From contig NC_043009.1 of the NCBI RefSeq assembly GCF_006345805.1, positions 16,740,001 to 16,804,000 on the forward strand: 64,000 nt of DNA. The letters run 5' to 3'. Position numbers and translations under genes: made by a program. Numbering within the stretch: the stretch's first letter is position 1; each line of letters starts with the position of its first letter. This document shows, piece by piece, positions 25,256 to 37,056 of the stretch. This DNA is from Octopus sinensis (Eukaryota). A model generated the notes under the pieces. That model did no database searches. It was not told the DNA's origin and saw only the letters and a program-made list of their open reading frames with translations.

Positions 25256-26433
25256 GTATGTAATTAATTTGCTCTTTAATTTATTATATTTTTTAAAGTG
25301 TTTACAAGTGTCGTTGCATTATTACTGAAATTTTCTTTACTGTATCTCACCAAAGATTTTACCACATGCTAAAATAACAAATATTGGGTAAATTTCTTTC
25401 TCTATTGTCGACGCCGTGCCTTCACCGACACCTTGGTCACCTGTGATAATTGGTTACCACTGGCTACCAGTGACTGTTTATCAGTGACAATTAGCTCGCT
25501 GCACAAGTCGGAATTCTGTAAATCCAGTGAGAAGTGTGTATGTGGTGGGACTTTCAGCCAACTTGAAAACTTAGAGGAGTACGAGAAATTGTATGAATGC
25601 CAAAAAGGAAAATAAATAAATAAATAAGGATTTTAAAATTAAAACAAATGAAGAAAATAATCAATAGCATTGCCTTATCACAGAACTATTTAGTTTCTTT
25701 TGTTCCACATTCTTGGCAATGAATTACCTACCTATGATAGGCAATGAATTATCTATGATACTTATGAATTTTCTTCTAAAGGGTAAAAACAATTTTTATG
25801 CTATATAATATTAAGAAACTGCAAATGTCACACTTTTTAACCGACCGATCTCTTTTGTATACTTTAATATATGCCTTATAAATGAAATATTTCATTCTGG
25901 GATAAGGTATTCCAGGCGTGTTATATTTATATAACATTTTACCGGCAAATAGCTGATTCATCATCGTTTAATTAGGACAGCAGATTATTTATTTCACGTT
26001 AACTTTTCTGCCTTATTTCTCAGCTGAGTCAATATGACAAGCGATCAAGTATCAAGTAGGCTCAAGCGTTCAACGTATCAAGTAGGCTCAAGCATGGCTG
26101 TGGTAAAATGTTCGCTTCATAACCTCGTGGTTCTAGGTTCGATGTGTCATCTATTATAGTTTATTGTTGGAATTTGGTAGACGCCTTTGTGTGTATATGA
26201 GTGTTTTTGCATCGTGCCCCTATATTCCTTAACCTAGCAACTGGACAATTAACGATCAATAAAATAAATGCCTGACTGAAATAAGTAGCTGGATCTCGAT
26301 GTGATCGATCATTGATTGGAGACGGATTCGCAGTAGCCTTGAATCATTGGACGATAGTTCAATGAATGAAACCAGCAAAAACCAGAAATGAAATTTGTGA
26401 TATCATGTACCGAGTTTTCTTAGTACAAACTCT

Positions 26434-26835
26434 GGATCTTTTCGGTTTGAACGGCAGTTTTTAACATAATTTCTAGGTAACTAAAAAACTTTAAACTTCG
26501 TATACTGGTAGAATGTGTTTATAAAACATCTTTTTCTCTTGGCTTTATTGAGAAAATTCTATGGTTTGTAAGATATTTGTTGTTTTTTTTCTGCAATTTC
26601 AACCAATCACTGACGTCTATTGAGGTAAAAAACATTTTGTGCCGTATGAATATGTCCCTCGTTTAAGAAACAGATTGGGTTTATTTACATTTGTGAAGAA
26701 AAAAAAGATACCCGTCACCCCACCCTAACCCTAAAACAGATTGAAATTCAATAGATCGATACTAGGGTCATAATTATGGGTGACAATTTCATATGACACC
26801 ACTAGAAAAAACTGCCGTTCAAACCGAAAAGATCC
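26434..26835. mobile_element. MITE with ~28-bp TIRs and 8-bp TSD (Merlin-like termini)
   Basis: GGATCTTTTCGGTTTGAACGGCAGTTTTT...AAAAACTGCCGTTCAAACCGAAAAGATCC; TSD CAAACTCT at 26426-26433 and 26836-26843; internal CCCTAACCCTAA. Confidence 0.9.
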
Positions 26836-27379
26836 CAAACTCTTATTCTGAACCTAGTCTATATACTTCTCTGCTTGTCAATTTAAAAGACTCTGAATTG
26901 TTATATTATTCAATCCCTACATTTATTACTCTTGAATAAACTCATTTAAAATGTCAAACACTGTTGTACGGAATATACACTGTACATGTCTAAATTTCAT
27001 TAACCAGAAAATATCTTATGAAACTCTAAGAGCCATTTTCTTTCCTTGGAGTCAACCCCGATTCCTTGATTTGTAGCTTCGTTATATATATAGATATTGG
27101 TTTCAAATTTTGGCATAAGGCCAGCAATTTTGAGGGACGAAGTCGATTGCAACAACCCCAGTACTCAACTGATACTTATTTTTATTGACCCCGAAAGAAT
27201 GAAAAGTAACGCTGACCTTCATAGTATTTGAACTCATAACGCAAAGACAGGTGAAATGGTGCAAAATATTTTACCCAGCGTGCTAACAATTCTGCCAGTT
27301 TGCCACAATGTGTGCATATGTGTGTATATATATATGTGTGTGTGTGTGTATACACACACACATTCCTGACGTATAGTTC

Positions 27380-27640
27380 GAAGGTCGTGCTTCACCACCT
27401 AAAGTACGAAGGTGGTTAAGCATGACCTTCAAACTTTAGGTCTCACCGAGGAAATGACTAGAGACCGAGACCTTTGGAAGTATTCTGTGCGTGAGAAGAC
27501 CCGGCAAGACAAGTGAGACCATAACCCGTGGCCTCTACCTGGGATGTAGCCAGTCCACTTATGCATACCTTTCCTTCTTGGAACACAAAACTCTACTTGT
27601 GAAGACCTGTTGCGGCAAGTAAAAATCAAAATCAAAATAT
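27380..27640 (+). mobile_element. RTE 3'-end fragment with AATCAA tail
   Basis: EGG*A*PSNFRSHRGND-type ORF2 end followed by a 3'UTR; the same tail recurs at 28241-28390 and 29067-29215. Confidence 0.7.
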
Positions 27641-27649
27641 ATACATGAT

Positions 27650-28062
27650 ATACTCTTTTACTCTTTTACTTGTTTCAGTCATTTGACTGTGGCCATGCTG
27701 GAGCACCACCTTTAGTCGAGCAAATTGACCCCGGGACTTATTCTTTGTAAGCCCAGTACTTATTCTATCGGTCTCTTTTGCTGAACCACTAAGTGATGGA
27801 GACGTAAACACACCAGCATCGGTTGTCATGCAATGCTAGGGGTACAAACACAGACACACAAACACACACACATATATATATATATATATACATATATATG
27901 ACAGGCTTCTTTCAGTTTCCGTCTACCAAATCCACTCACAAGGCATTGGTCGGCCTGGGGCTATAGCAGAAGACACTTGCCCAAGATGCCACGCAGTGGG
28001 ACTGAACCCAGAACCATGTGGTTGGTTAGCAAGCTACTTACCACACAGCCACTCCTGCGCCT
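27650..28062 (-). mobile_element. tRNA-derived SINE (near full length, dominant family)
   Basis: Minus strand starts AGGCGCAGGAGTGGCTGTGTGGTAAG (A box) and GGTTCAGTCCC (B box), has an internal TA/CA tract, and ends in an AAAGAGTAAAAGAG tail. Confidence 0.9.
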
Positions 28063-28105
28063 ATATGTATATATATATGACATATGTATATATATATGAT
28101 ATATG

Positions 28106-28129
<24 letters not shown>

Positions 28130-28148
<19 letters not shown>

Positions 28149-29281
28149 GATATTTATAATACAAAGTAAGATAGGGGTTATGGGTGTAACCCACTATGGG
28201 ATAGTATTTATCCAATATACTGCTGGTGAAGTACCCAGATGGAAGTTATGCTGTGCGTGAGAAGATCCGGCAGGACAAGTGGCCTCTACCTGGGATGTAG
28301 CCAGTCCACTTATTCATATCTTTCCTTCTTGGGACACAAAACTCTACTTGTGAAGACCTGTTGAAGCAAGTGAAAATCAAAATCAAAATATATACATGAT
28401 ATATGTATATATATATGATATATGTATATATATATGATATATATATATGACATATGTATATATATATGATATATATATATATGATATGGGTGTAACCCAC
28501 TATGGGATATCAATATCCAATATACTGTTGGTAAGTACCCAGATTCTTAATACATAAATGTTTTTAATTGCAATGCAATTAACTCACTTATTGTATTAAA
28601 TGGGTGAAGGTAAAGAAATACTTTTACTGTAAATTTATAATACAAATAAGAAAATGGAGAAACAAGTTTAGTTTGTTCATCAACTTTCGGATATTAGAAT
28701 GTTGGATTATTTATTCATTCAATAAAATGAGAACCTCAATATTATACATATATATCATATAATTCAATACATATAAGATAATAATACAAGTTATAAAAAT
28801 CAATATAAATTATTGAAATCATTAAAATCACTTCTTACAGCTGTTTCAGCCTATGGCTAAAAGTAGTTATTTTTATTGCCTATATTTGTCAACATAATGA
28901 TGTTGCAGGCATTTAATATGGTACTTATATAACCATAGGCCCCATACATATATATATTATATATATATATATATGATATTTATAATACAAAGTAAGATAG
29001 GGGTTATGGGTGTAACCCACTATGGGATAGTATTTATCCAATATACTGCTGGTGAAGTACCCAGATGGAAGTTATGCTGTGCGTGAGAAGATCCGGCAGG
29101 ACAAGTGGCCTCTACCTGGGATGTAGCCAGTCCACTTATTCATATCTTTCCTTCTTGGGACACAAAACTCTACTTGTGAAGACCTGTTGAAGCAAGTGAA
29201 AATCAAAATCAAAATATATACATGATATATGTATATATATATATGATATATGTATATATATATGATATATATATATATGAC

Positions 29282-29313
<32 letters not shown>

Positions 29314-29782
29314 GATATGGGTGTAACCCACTATGGGATATCAATTATCCAATATACTGTTGGTAAAGTACCCAGATTCTTAATACATAAATGTTTTTAA
29401 TTGCAATGCAATTAACTCACTTATTGTATTAAATGGGTGAAGGTAAAGAAATACTTTTACTGTAAATTTATAATACAAATAAGAAAATGGAGAAACAAGT
29501 TTAGTTTGTTCATCAACTTTCGGATATTAGAATGTTGGATTATTTATTCATTCAATAAAATGAGAACCTCAATATTATACATATATATCATATAATTCAA
29601 TACATATAAGATAATAATACAAGTTATAAAAATCAATATAAATTATTGAAATCATTAAAATCACTTCTTACAGCTGTTTCAGCCTATGGCTAAAAGTAGT
29701 TATTTTTATTGCCTATATTTGTCAACATAATGATGTTGCAGGCATTTAATATGGTACTTATATAACCATAGGCCCCATACAT

Positions 29783-29790
<8 letters not shown>
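28130..29790 (+). repeat. near-perfect ~830-bp tandem duplication (28130-28955 and 28956-29790)
   Basis: GATATTTATAATACAAAGTAAG at 28149 and 28975; CCATAGGCCCCATAC ends both units; differences are almost only TA-tract length and 1-bp indels. Confidence 0.95.
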
Positions 29791-29816
<26 letters not shown>

Positions 29817-29894
29817 CGTATATTGGAGCATATAAACACATCTATGCTTATGACCAGATAAATAATAGTCAATTATTAATAATAATAATATTAA

Positions 29895-29944
<50 letters not shown>

Positions 29945-30292
29945 ATTGTTATTATTACTATTATGTATATCAATAATAACAATATTATAACATGTCTATG
30001 CTTATGACCAGATGAATAACAATCAACTATTAATAATAATGCTGTTATTATCAATATATATGTATGTGTGTGTGTGTGTGTATATATATGTATATTATAT
30101 AGATGATATGTGTATGACATATATACGTGTATATATATATATATATGTATATATGTACATGACATGTATGTGTGTGTACACTGACATTACACATCTAGCG
30201 TATTATGCTAGCTTCATTTCTTTCAAGCCTACGCATGTCTTCAGCAGTAATGGCCCATGTTTCACTGCCATGTAGCATGGCAGTTCGCACAC

Positions 30293-32632
30293 ATAATTCA
30301 TTCAGATTGCCAGAAGGGATGCTATGAAACAAGTACATCTAGCCAAGGGAGAAGCAGAAAAGAAGTTTGCCTATTTTCAGCGATGTGAGGACCAAAGAAC
30401 TGAAGTGTTTTGGATTGCAAGACAGTGTGCGAGAGAGAATCGTGATGTCATAGGAGAGAAATGTGTCTGTATGGATGATAGTGTACTTGCATGTAGTGAT
30501 TCTGCAAAGAAAGAGGCTTGGAAATGACATTATGAAAGACCACTGAATGTTATGAACGAATGGGAGAAAGAGAGGCTGCCAAATGTAGACCCAACTGAGA
30601 GACCAGCTATCCAAATCGACAGTAGCCTGGTAGATAAAGCAATTAAAGATATGAAGACAGGAATCACTGTTGAGATGCTTAAAATATCTGGCAGTGTGGG
30701 TTATGGTCTAGTCACCCATATTGTAAATCAGGTGGTTCACAAAGGAGTTATACCCAATGACTGGTGTAGCAGCACTATAGTCAAAAGGTAAAAAGAGGTG
30801 CCTTAGGCTGAAATAATTACAGAGATATCAAATTGCTGGATCAGGTGATGACAGTTATGGAGAGAGTCAAAGCCCAACTAATTAGGGAGAGAGTTAGCTT
30901 AGATGTGATGGAGTTTGATTTTGCTTCAGGTAGAAGGACCACTAATGCTATATTTCTTGGAAGGCAGCCGCAGGAGAAATGCATAGCCGAAAATAACCTC
31001 TGTACTTGACCTTTGTTGACTTGGAAAAAGCCTTTTTCAGGGTCTCCAATTCCCTTATCTGGTGGTCAATGTGGAAACTAGGGAAAGATGAGTGGTTGGT
31101 GAGAGCTGTACAAGCTATGTATGGGGATGCTGCCAGTAAAGTGAGGGTTGGCATTGAGTACAGCAAAGAATTCAGGGTACAAGTAGGAGTTCACCAAGGA
31201 TCAGTCCTCAGCCACCTCTTGTTCATTATAGTCCTCCAGGCAATAGCTGAGAAATTCAAAACAGGCTGCCCCTGGGAGCTCCTCTATGCTAATGACCTTA
31301 CTCTTATAGCTGAATCACTATCTGAAAAAGAGAAGTTCCAGGTATGGAAGCAAGGTCAAGAATAAAAGGACCTTAGAGTTAACCTAGTAAAAACCAAATA
31401 CTTAGTGAGTAGAAAGGCAGACAAATCACAAATCCCTTCAGCTAGATGGCCCTGCTCAATCTGTAGTAAAAGTGTAGGTAGAAACTCCATAAGATGCACC
31501 TGGTGTAAGCTTTGGACAAAATAAAAGGTGCAGCAATATCAGAGGAAGGTTAACAAAGAAAGTAGCTTTTGTATGTGGAAGACGCACTGGTACAATAAAT
31601 GCTGAAAATGTGCAGAAAATAGACTCCATCAGCTGCCAATGGGGTAAGGTAGAGGTGGTAGACAGCTTCCATTATCTAGGTGACCAAGTTAGTAGTGGAG
31701 GTGGTTGCTCCAAGAGCATTGCTGCGAGAACAAGATTAGGCTGGGCAAAGTTCAGAGAGCTCCTACCACTGTGAAAGGCAGATTGTTTGATGTTTGTGTG
31801 CAAACAGCTATGCTGTATGGTAGTGAAACGTGGGCTATGACAGCTAAAGACATGCATTGGCTTGAAAGAAATGAAGCCAGTATGCTTTGCTGGACGTACA
31901 ATGTCAGTGTGCATGTTCAACAGAGTGTAAGCATCTTGAGAGAAAAGTTAGGCATAAGAAATATCAGATGTGGTGTGCAAGAGAGATAACTTTGCTGGTA
32001 TAGTCATGTGATGCATATGGATGAGGCCAGCTGTGTAAAGAAGTGCTGATCTCTAACTGTGGAGGGAAACTGTGGTAGAGGTAGACCCAGGAAGATGTGG
32101 GATGAGGTGGTGAAGCATGATCCTTGAACTTTGAATCTCACAGAGGCAATGACTAGTGATCAAGATCTTTGGTGATGTGCTGTGCTTGAGAGGACCCATC
32201 AAGCCAAGGGAAATCATAGCTGTGGTAACTGGCACCGTGCTGGTGGCACATAAAGAACACCTTTTGAGCGTTGGGCCTCACGGAGGCAAAGTGGCTGAGT
32301 TCCTTTCGACTGTTGGGATTATGTTGTGCTTGAGAAGAAGACGCATCAAGCCAAGCAAAATTGCAGTCATGGCTGATACTGGTGTCATGCGAATTGCATC
32401 TGTGCCAGTAGAATGTAAAAGCACCCTGGTGTCATGCAAATAGCACCCCTGTTAGTGGCATGAAAAAGCACCCATTGCACTCTCAAGAGTGGTTGGTGGT
32501 AGGAAGGGCATCCAGCCATAGAAAACCATGCCAAATCAGACTGGAGTTTGGTGTAGCCTTCCAGCTTGCCAGCCCAGTCAGACCGTCCAACCCATGCCAG
32601 CATAGACAATGGACGTTAAATGATGATGATGA
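30293..32632 (+). mobile_element. RTE-clade LINE, 5'-truncated: ORF2 RT through 3'UTR and (GAT)n tail
   Basis: FVDLEKAF...GVHQGSVLSHLLF...LLYANDL...MLYGSETWAM...RGRPRKMW; ends TAAATGATGATGATGA; multiple stops. An inverted RTE piece sits at 30175-30292. Confidence 0.95.
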
Positions 32633-33449
32633 AAGTGCAATAGACAGGGGAAAGCAACTGATTAGAAAGCTAATTAATTTGCAATAATTATGTGAATACT
32701 GTAGTATTTTGGAGCAAAATGCTGTCATAGTATATTGTAAAAGATTGGGAGTAAAATATTCTTTTGTTTGTTTCTCTGAACCATTTTCTGAACTGCTAAG
32801 TTGTAGTAATTCCAGGTGTATCAGTTTTCTCAGACTGGTTTGTCAGCATCTTTGTTAAGTGGTTAGTGTTATGAAGGTCATGCAGCCATAGAAATCACTA
32901 CGTCAAAAAGGGAATGAATAAGCAAGACGTGGTCCTCCATTTCCTGTAGAAGGCAATGACTTGGACTATCAACTGACTCAGAGCTTTTACTCAGACACTA
33001 ACTCCAAATATGACTTGACTCAGCAGGGCAAGTGGACATAAAATCTTAGTAATGAACGAGGCTCTTCTACTCTGAGAGCTTTTCTTTTTTTTTTTACTTC
33101 CTCCTGAGATGTTTATTAGTATTCATAGGTTTAAACTTCTGCTTTTGATTATTCTCTCTCAGTCATTTGTCTTGGGTCTTTTTGTGAATGTGGACAAACA
33201 TGCTCCAGTTTATGATAGCCATGACTGTATTTCATGAAAAAAAAAGGGGGGGGGGTGAACCAGTAACTTTCATATTTCATGTCACAGCTTAGTTATTATG
33301 GTTGAATGTTTCTTTCTGTTAATTGCTTGTTATTTTGTGATTGTATTTTGTTAAATTTCTTTTGGATTGGTATTGTTATTTGTACAGTTAACATAAAACC
33401 TAACGTTTTGCTTTTGCTCTACCAGGTTTTTTTATTGCTTACTTCCTTG

Positions 33450-34780
33450 CTGTTGAGTTTTGCAGGATATTGATCATAGCCTGTGTTATCTCTCTACCTT
33501 TACTAGATTTTTTGGTTTATCTTTTTACGACATTTTCTATTGTTATGCTTTTTTATCTAAACCATTTTTCTCCAATGCAATTAGCTCCTAGTGTATACTT
33601 CATTGCATATAAAGGTTGTTTTCCGTGTGTCTTTTCAGTTTATCCTTCCTTGTTTCTGAATATTTTTCTAGAAATTGTTTAATTGTAACATACTCTATAT
33701 TTTGGCAGAACTTTTTCCTTCTTGTGCACACAATGTTATACTATATCAACTACAGTTTGGGATACAAACAAGTAAATCATTAACTTTCCTTTCTCAGCTG
33801 TTACAATCCATTTTTCTTCCTATATATTATATTGAATCTATAATTTATAAATGGGATGACCAGTGTATTTGTGCTGATTATTTGTTTTTTAAAATTAAAC
33901 TGAAATTTTTAGTGTTTTATTCTGACTTTGCAGTTGTACTTTTTATAATTGTTCCCTTCATTGATTTTATCTCCTCCTCCATATGGACAATTCTGATCTA
34001 ATTCTATGACTTTACTGTCTAGATCTAACTCAAGAGTAGTTTCGGCATAGTTGTCAAAATTCCTGTTACTGTTGAATTTATTCAGTTTCTAGCAGGTTCT
34101 AAATTCTCACTGTATTTTATAGTTTGACCCTTAGGATTGATGGGGCAGACTTATGATCCAGTCGTAATCATCATATATTTTATTCAGACAGTGCTTATCC
34201 TTTCAGGTTGGGAGCGTGTGGTTTGTGAGAGATTTAGCTGCTATTTTTAGCAAATTCCACTGCCAAAATTGGAGCACTTTTGTTAAATTACCCTTGTTAT
34301 AGTAGCCATTAGTAGTTTGATTGCATAGATTTGTTAATGGAATCAAAGTTAGACAGAAAATGAGGATAAAGAAAATTCTTACAGGGATATGGCTGGTTTT
34401 TATTCTTTCCTTATCATGCAGTGTTAACTTTTTCATTTTGGGATGATGTGCTTATAATATTGGGGGCTGCTTAGTTTGTGTATAGTTTTGTTTAACCACA
34501 AGTATGTTGTGATGTAGGGGGCTTTTATCCTCAGTCCACACCATATCTAGATTTTTTTTTTTTTTTTTTTTTTTCTCATTTTGTTCCCTTAAAATTCTAG
34601 CTTTATTTACAAATAGCTGTTTCATAGATTCATAAAAACATCTCCAAAACCATTTCTGTTTCTATAGTAAGATATCAATTTCCAGATAATCTACCAACTT
34701 TGTCGGAGATTATAAATGACAGGGTTTTGTATTGTTGGTAAAAAGGTTATTAGGCTTTCGGTTTCAAGTTCTTGATGTTT
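33450..34780 (-). mobile_element. very old Dong/R4-like non-LTR RT relic
   Basis: Minus-strand fragments PITFLPT, DMVW, FCLTLIPLTNL and NTLVIPFINYRFNII occur in the order of R4/Dong RT motifs (RPITCLPT, MAWIDY, LFCLALIPL, NTxAIPVxxYSF). Confidence 0.55.
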
Positions 34781-34804
34781 TTATTTTGAGGAGAATAGTA
34801 TTAA

Positions 34805-35022
34805 CTCTTTAGCATTTAAACTGGCCATATCTGGCCCAAATATTTTATGTTTATCATTCAAACTGATTAGATCTGACTTCTCACACCAACCCTACCATGT
34901 CATTCTAAAAATAAACAATCACTTCATTGAAATGTTGAAGCTACAAGATAACGCATGATAAATTCAAAACAGTGTGAATAATTAAGTATTACATTTGATA
35001 GACTAATTTGAATGCTAAACGG
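34805..35022. mobile_element. piggyBac-type (TTAA) MITE
   Basis: TTAA-CTCTTTAGCATTT...AATGCTAAACGG-TTGA; reverse-orientation homologue of 49082-49303. A second TTAA-type MITE lies at 35379-35601. Confidence 0.75.
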
Positions 35023-35769
35023 TTGATATTGGTTCATGTACACAGGTTAAATGTCTAACTGGAATTGATGACTTTATCAATTCTGAAAGGTTATGATTCT
35101 TGAGGTTGGTAAATTACCTTCTAGTTTTATTATGTTTGTGGTTACTTTAGTTCTCTGCCATTCTTTTCTAATTCCTTATGCATCCCTATTATGAAGTACT
35201 TTATTTTATTCCTTTTCCCAGTGTGTTTGTATTTATGTTGTCATTAGTGTACACTGCAGTGTAATGTAGTTTTATTAACGAGTCTTTTAATGTGTCTTTT
35301 GTTACTAATCCTAATTTTATCCTTGGTTCTTTTATGGTTGGTAAAATGAGTACCAGTCAAGAACTGAGGTCAGCTTGACCCTTTTGTTACCATATTTCTG
35401 TTGAAAATACTCTACCTTTGTTTCAATTAATTTAGAATATAATGAAGAATTTAGCAAAGTAACTTTGTTATTATTAATTTGGTGTTTACAACATAAATTA
35501 ACCAGAAATTTTGGTTGATGGTCCTAATTTAGATCTTTTTAAAACATGAGTTTTCTATCATACAACTGGGGGCAGTCTCAGGCAGGTTGGTGTAAGAAGG
35601 GTTAATAGACTATGTCCTGCAAAATGTGTGGCCCTATGCCTGTTTTGAAATCATTATAAGTACTAATACAGAGCCTATTGTTTTACAAATGGAATTAATA
35701 ATATTCTGCTTCATTGGAATATAATTTTTTTTTTTTTAATGACAATAAAATGCATATCTTATTTTTTTA

Positions 35770-36330
35770 CTTTTGAAAGCTTAGTTAATAGAATAAGAAC
35801 AGGTTGGGAAAACTTCAGAGAGCCTTTGTTGGTAAGAAAGGGTTTTTCCCTCAGAGTGAAAGGCTGATTGTATGATGCCTGTGTATGCTGCATGGTTATG
35901 AAACTTGGGCTCTGACTGCAGAGGATATGTGAAGGCTTGAAAGAAATGAAGTCAGCATGGGTGTGCAATGTCGGTGTGCATATACAACAGAGTGTTAATG
36001 TTTCAAGTAAGAAATTGGATATAAAAGGCATCAGATGTAGTGTTCATGAGAAAAGACTGCATTCATATGCTCATGTGATGCATATAAGTAAGGACAGTTG
36101 CATAAGGAATTGCCAATCTCTAATTGTGGAGGGAATCTGTGGAAGAGGTAGACCTATGATGTGAGACGAAGTGGTGAGAAATGATCCTCAGATGTTGTGT
36201 CTCACAGAGGAGATGACAAGAGACTGAGACTTCTGGTGATTTGCAGTGCTTGAGGAGTCATGTCAAGCTAAGTAAAGTCGTAGCCATCCATACATACAGA
36301 TATGTCCTTTACAGCCATCTCCACCTCCAC
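35770..36330 (+). mobile_element. RTE LINE 3' fragment
   Basis: WVCNVGVHIQQSV...GIRCSVHEKRL...GICGRGRP, homologous to 31700-32160. Confidence 0.85.
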
Positions 36331-36719
36331 ACACACATAATCTGCCCTCTCTCAAAACTCACCTACAACCCTATCTTCACAACCACCTCCATTCCACTAC
36401 TCGGGATCACCAACTACTGCAGGCTCCTCCACTCTTACACATCCAGCCACTCCAATTTCTCTGACCACCACTTGCTACAGTCACCTCTTTCCCCGTCTCT
36501 GAACATTTCCTGTCACACTCTCATCTCATGAAATATCCCCTTCTATCCCCCTTATACTCCCCCCCACACTGTTCCCTGTGGGTAGGTCCTGATGCACCTC
36601 CAACACCATCTCTTTCTCTCTCCCCCCCTCTCTCTCTCTGACTGCCTTTCTATCTTTTTCTTTGTTTCTCCTTCCTCTGGTAGCCGAGTATTTGCTCTTC
36701 AGTAAGATACCTATCTCTC

Positions 36720-37056
36720 GAGACCCCCTTTGGTCACGGCACTGACCATGGGATTGCACCTAGAAAGTTACCCTCCTAGTCACAAGTCTGGGCAAGGTGG
36801 TTTATGGAAGACCAGCAGTCGCCCATGCATACCGGCCTCCCCTCTCCATGCCACCAGTGTTATCCAAGGGAAAGGCAGCAGCCGATACAGCTTGGCACCT
36901 GTGACATCGCAACTCATTTCTACAGCTGAGTGAACTGGAGCAACGTGAAATAAAGTGTCTTGCTCAAGAACACAACACACAGCCCGGTCCGGGATTCGAG
37001 CTCACAACCTCACGATCATAAGCTTGACACTCTAACCGCTGAGCCATGCGCCTTCA
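36720..37056 (-). mobile_element. young tRNA-derived (CORE-like) SINE
   Basis: Minus strand GTGAAGGCGCATGGCTCAGCGGTTAG...GAGCTCGAATCCC...TTCTTGAGCAAGACACTTTATTTCAC; CpG-rich; candidate TSD CTATCTCT. Confidence 0.85.

Noticed and set aside
24792-25328. 178-aa ORF as a complete gene
   Set aside because: Homology stops at the donor at 25256; the N-terminal extension runs through a TA tract and the C-terminal part is intron read-through.
26720-26735. Interstitial telomere
   Set aside because: Only two CCCTAA units, and they lie inside a MITE.
36960-37056. tRNA genes at SINE heads (also 28062, 54318, 61984)
   Set aside because: A/B boxes continue into SINE bodies and tails; no complete cloverleaf.
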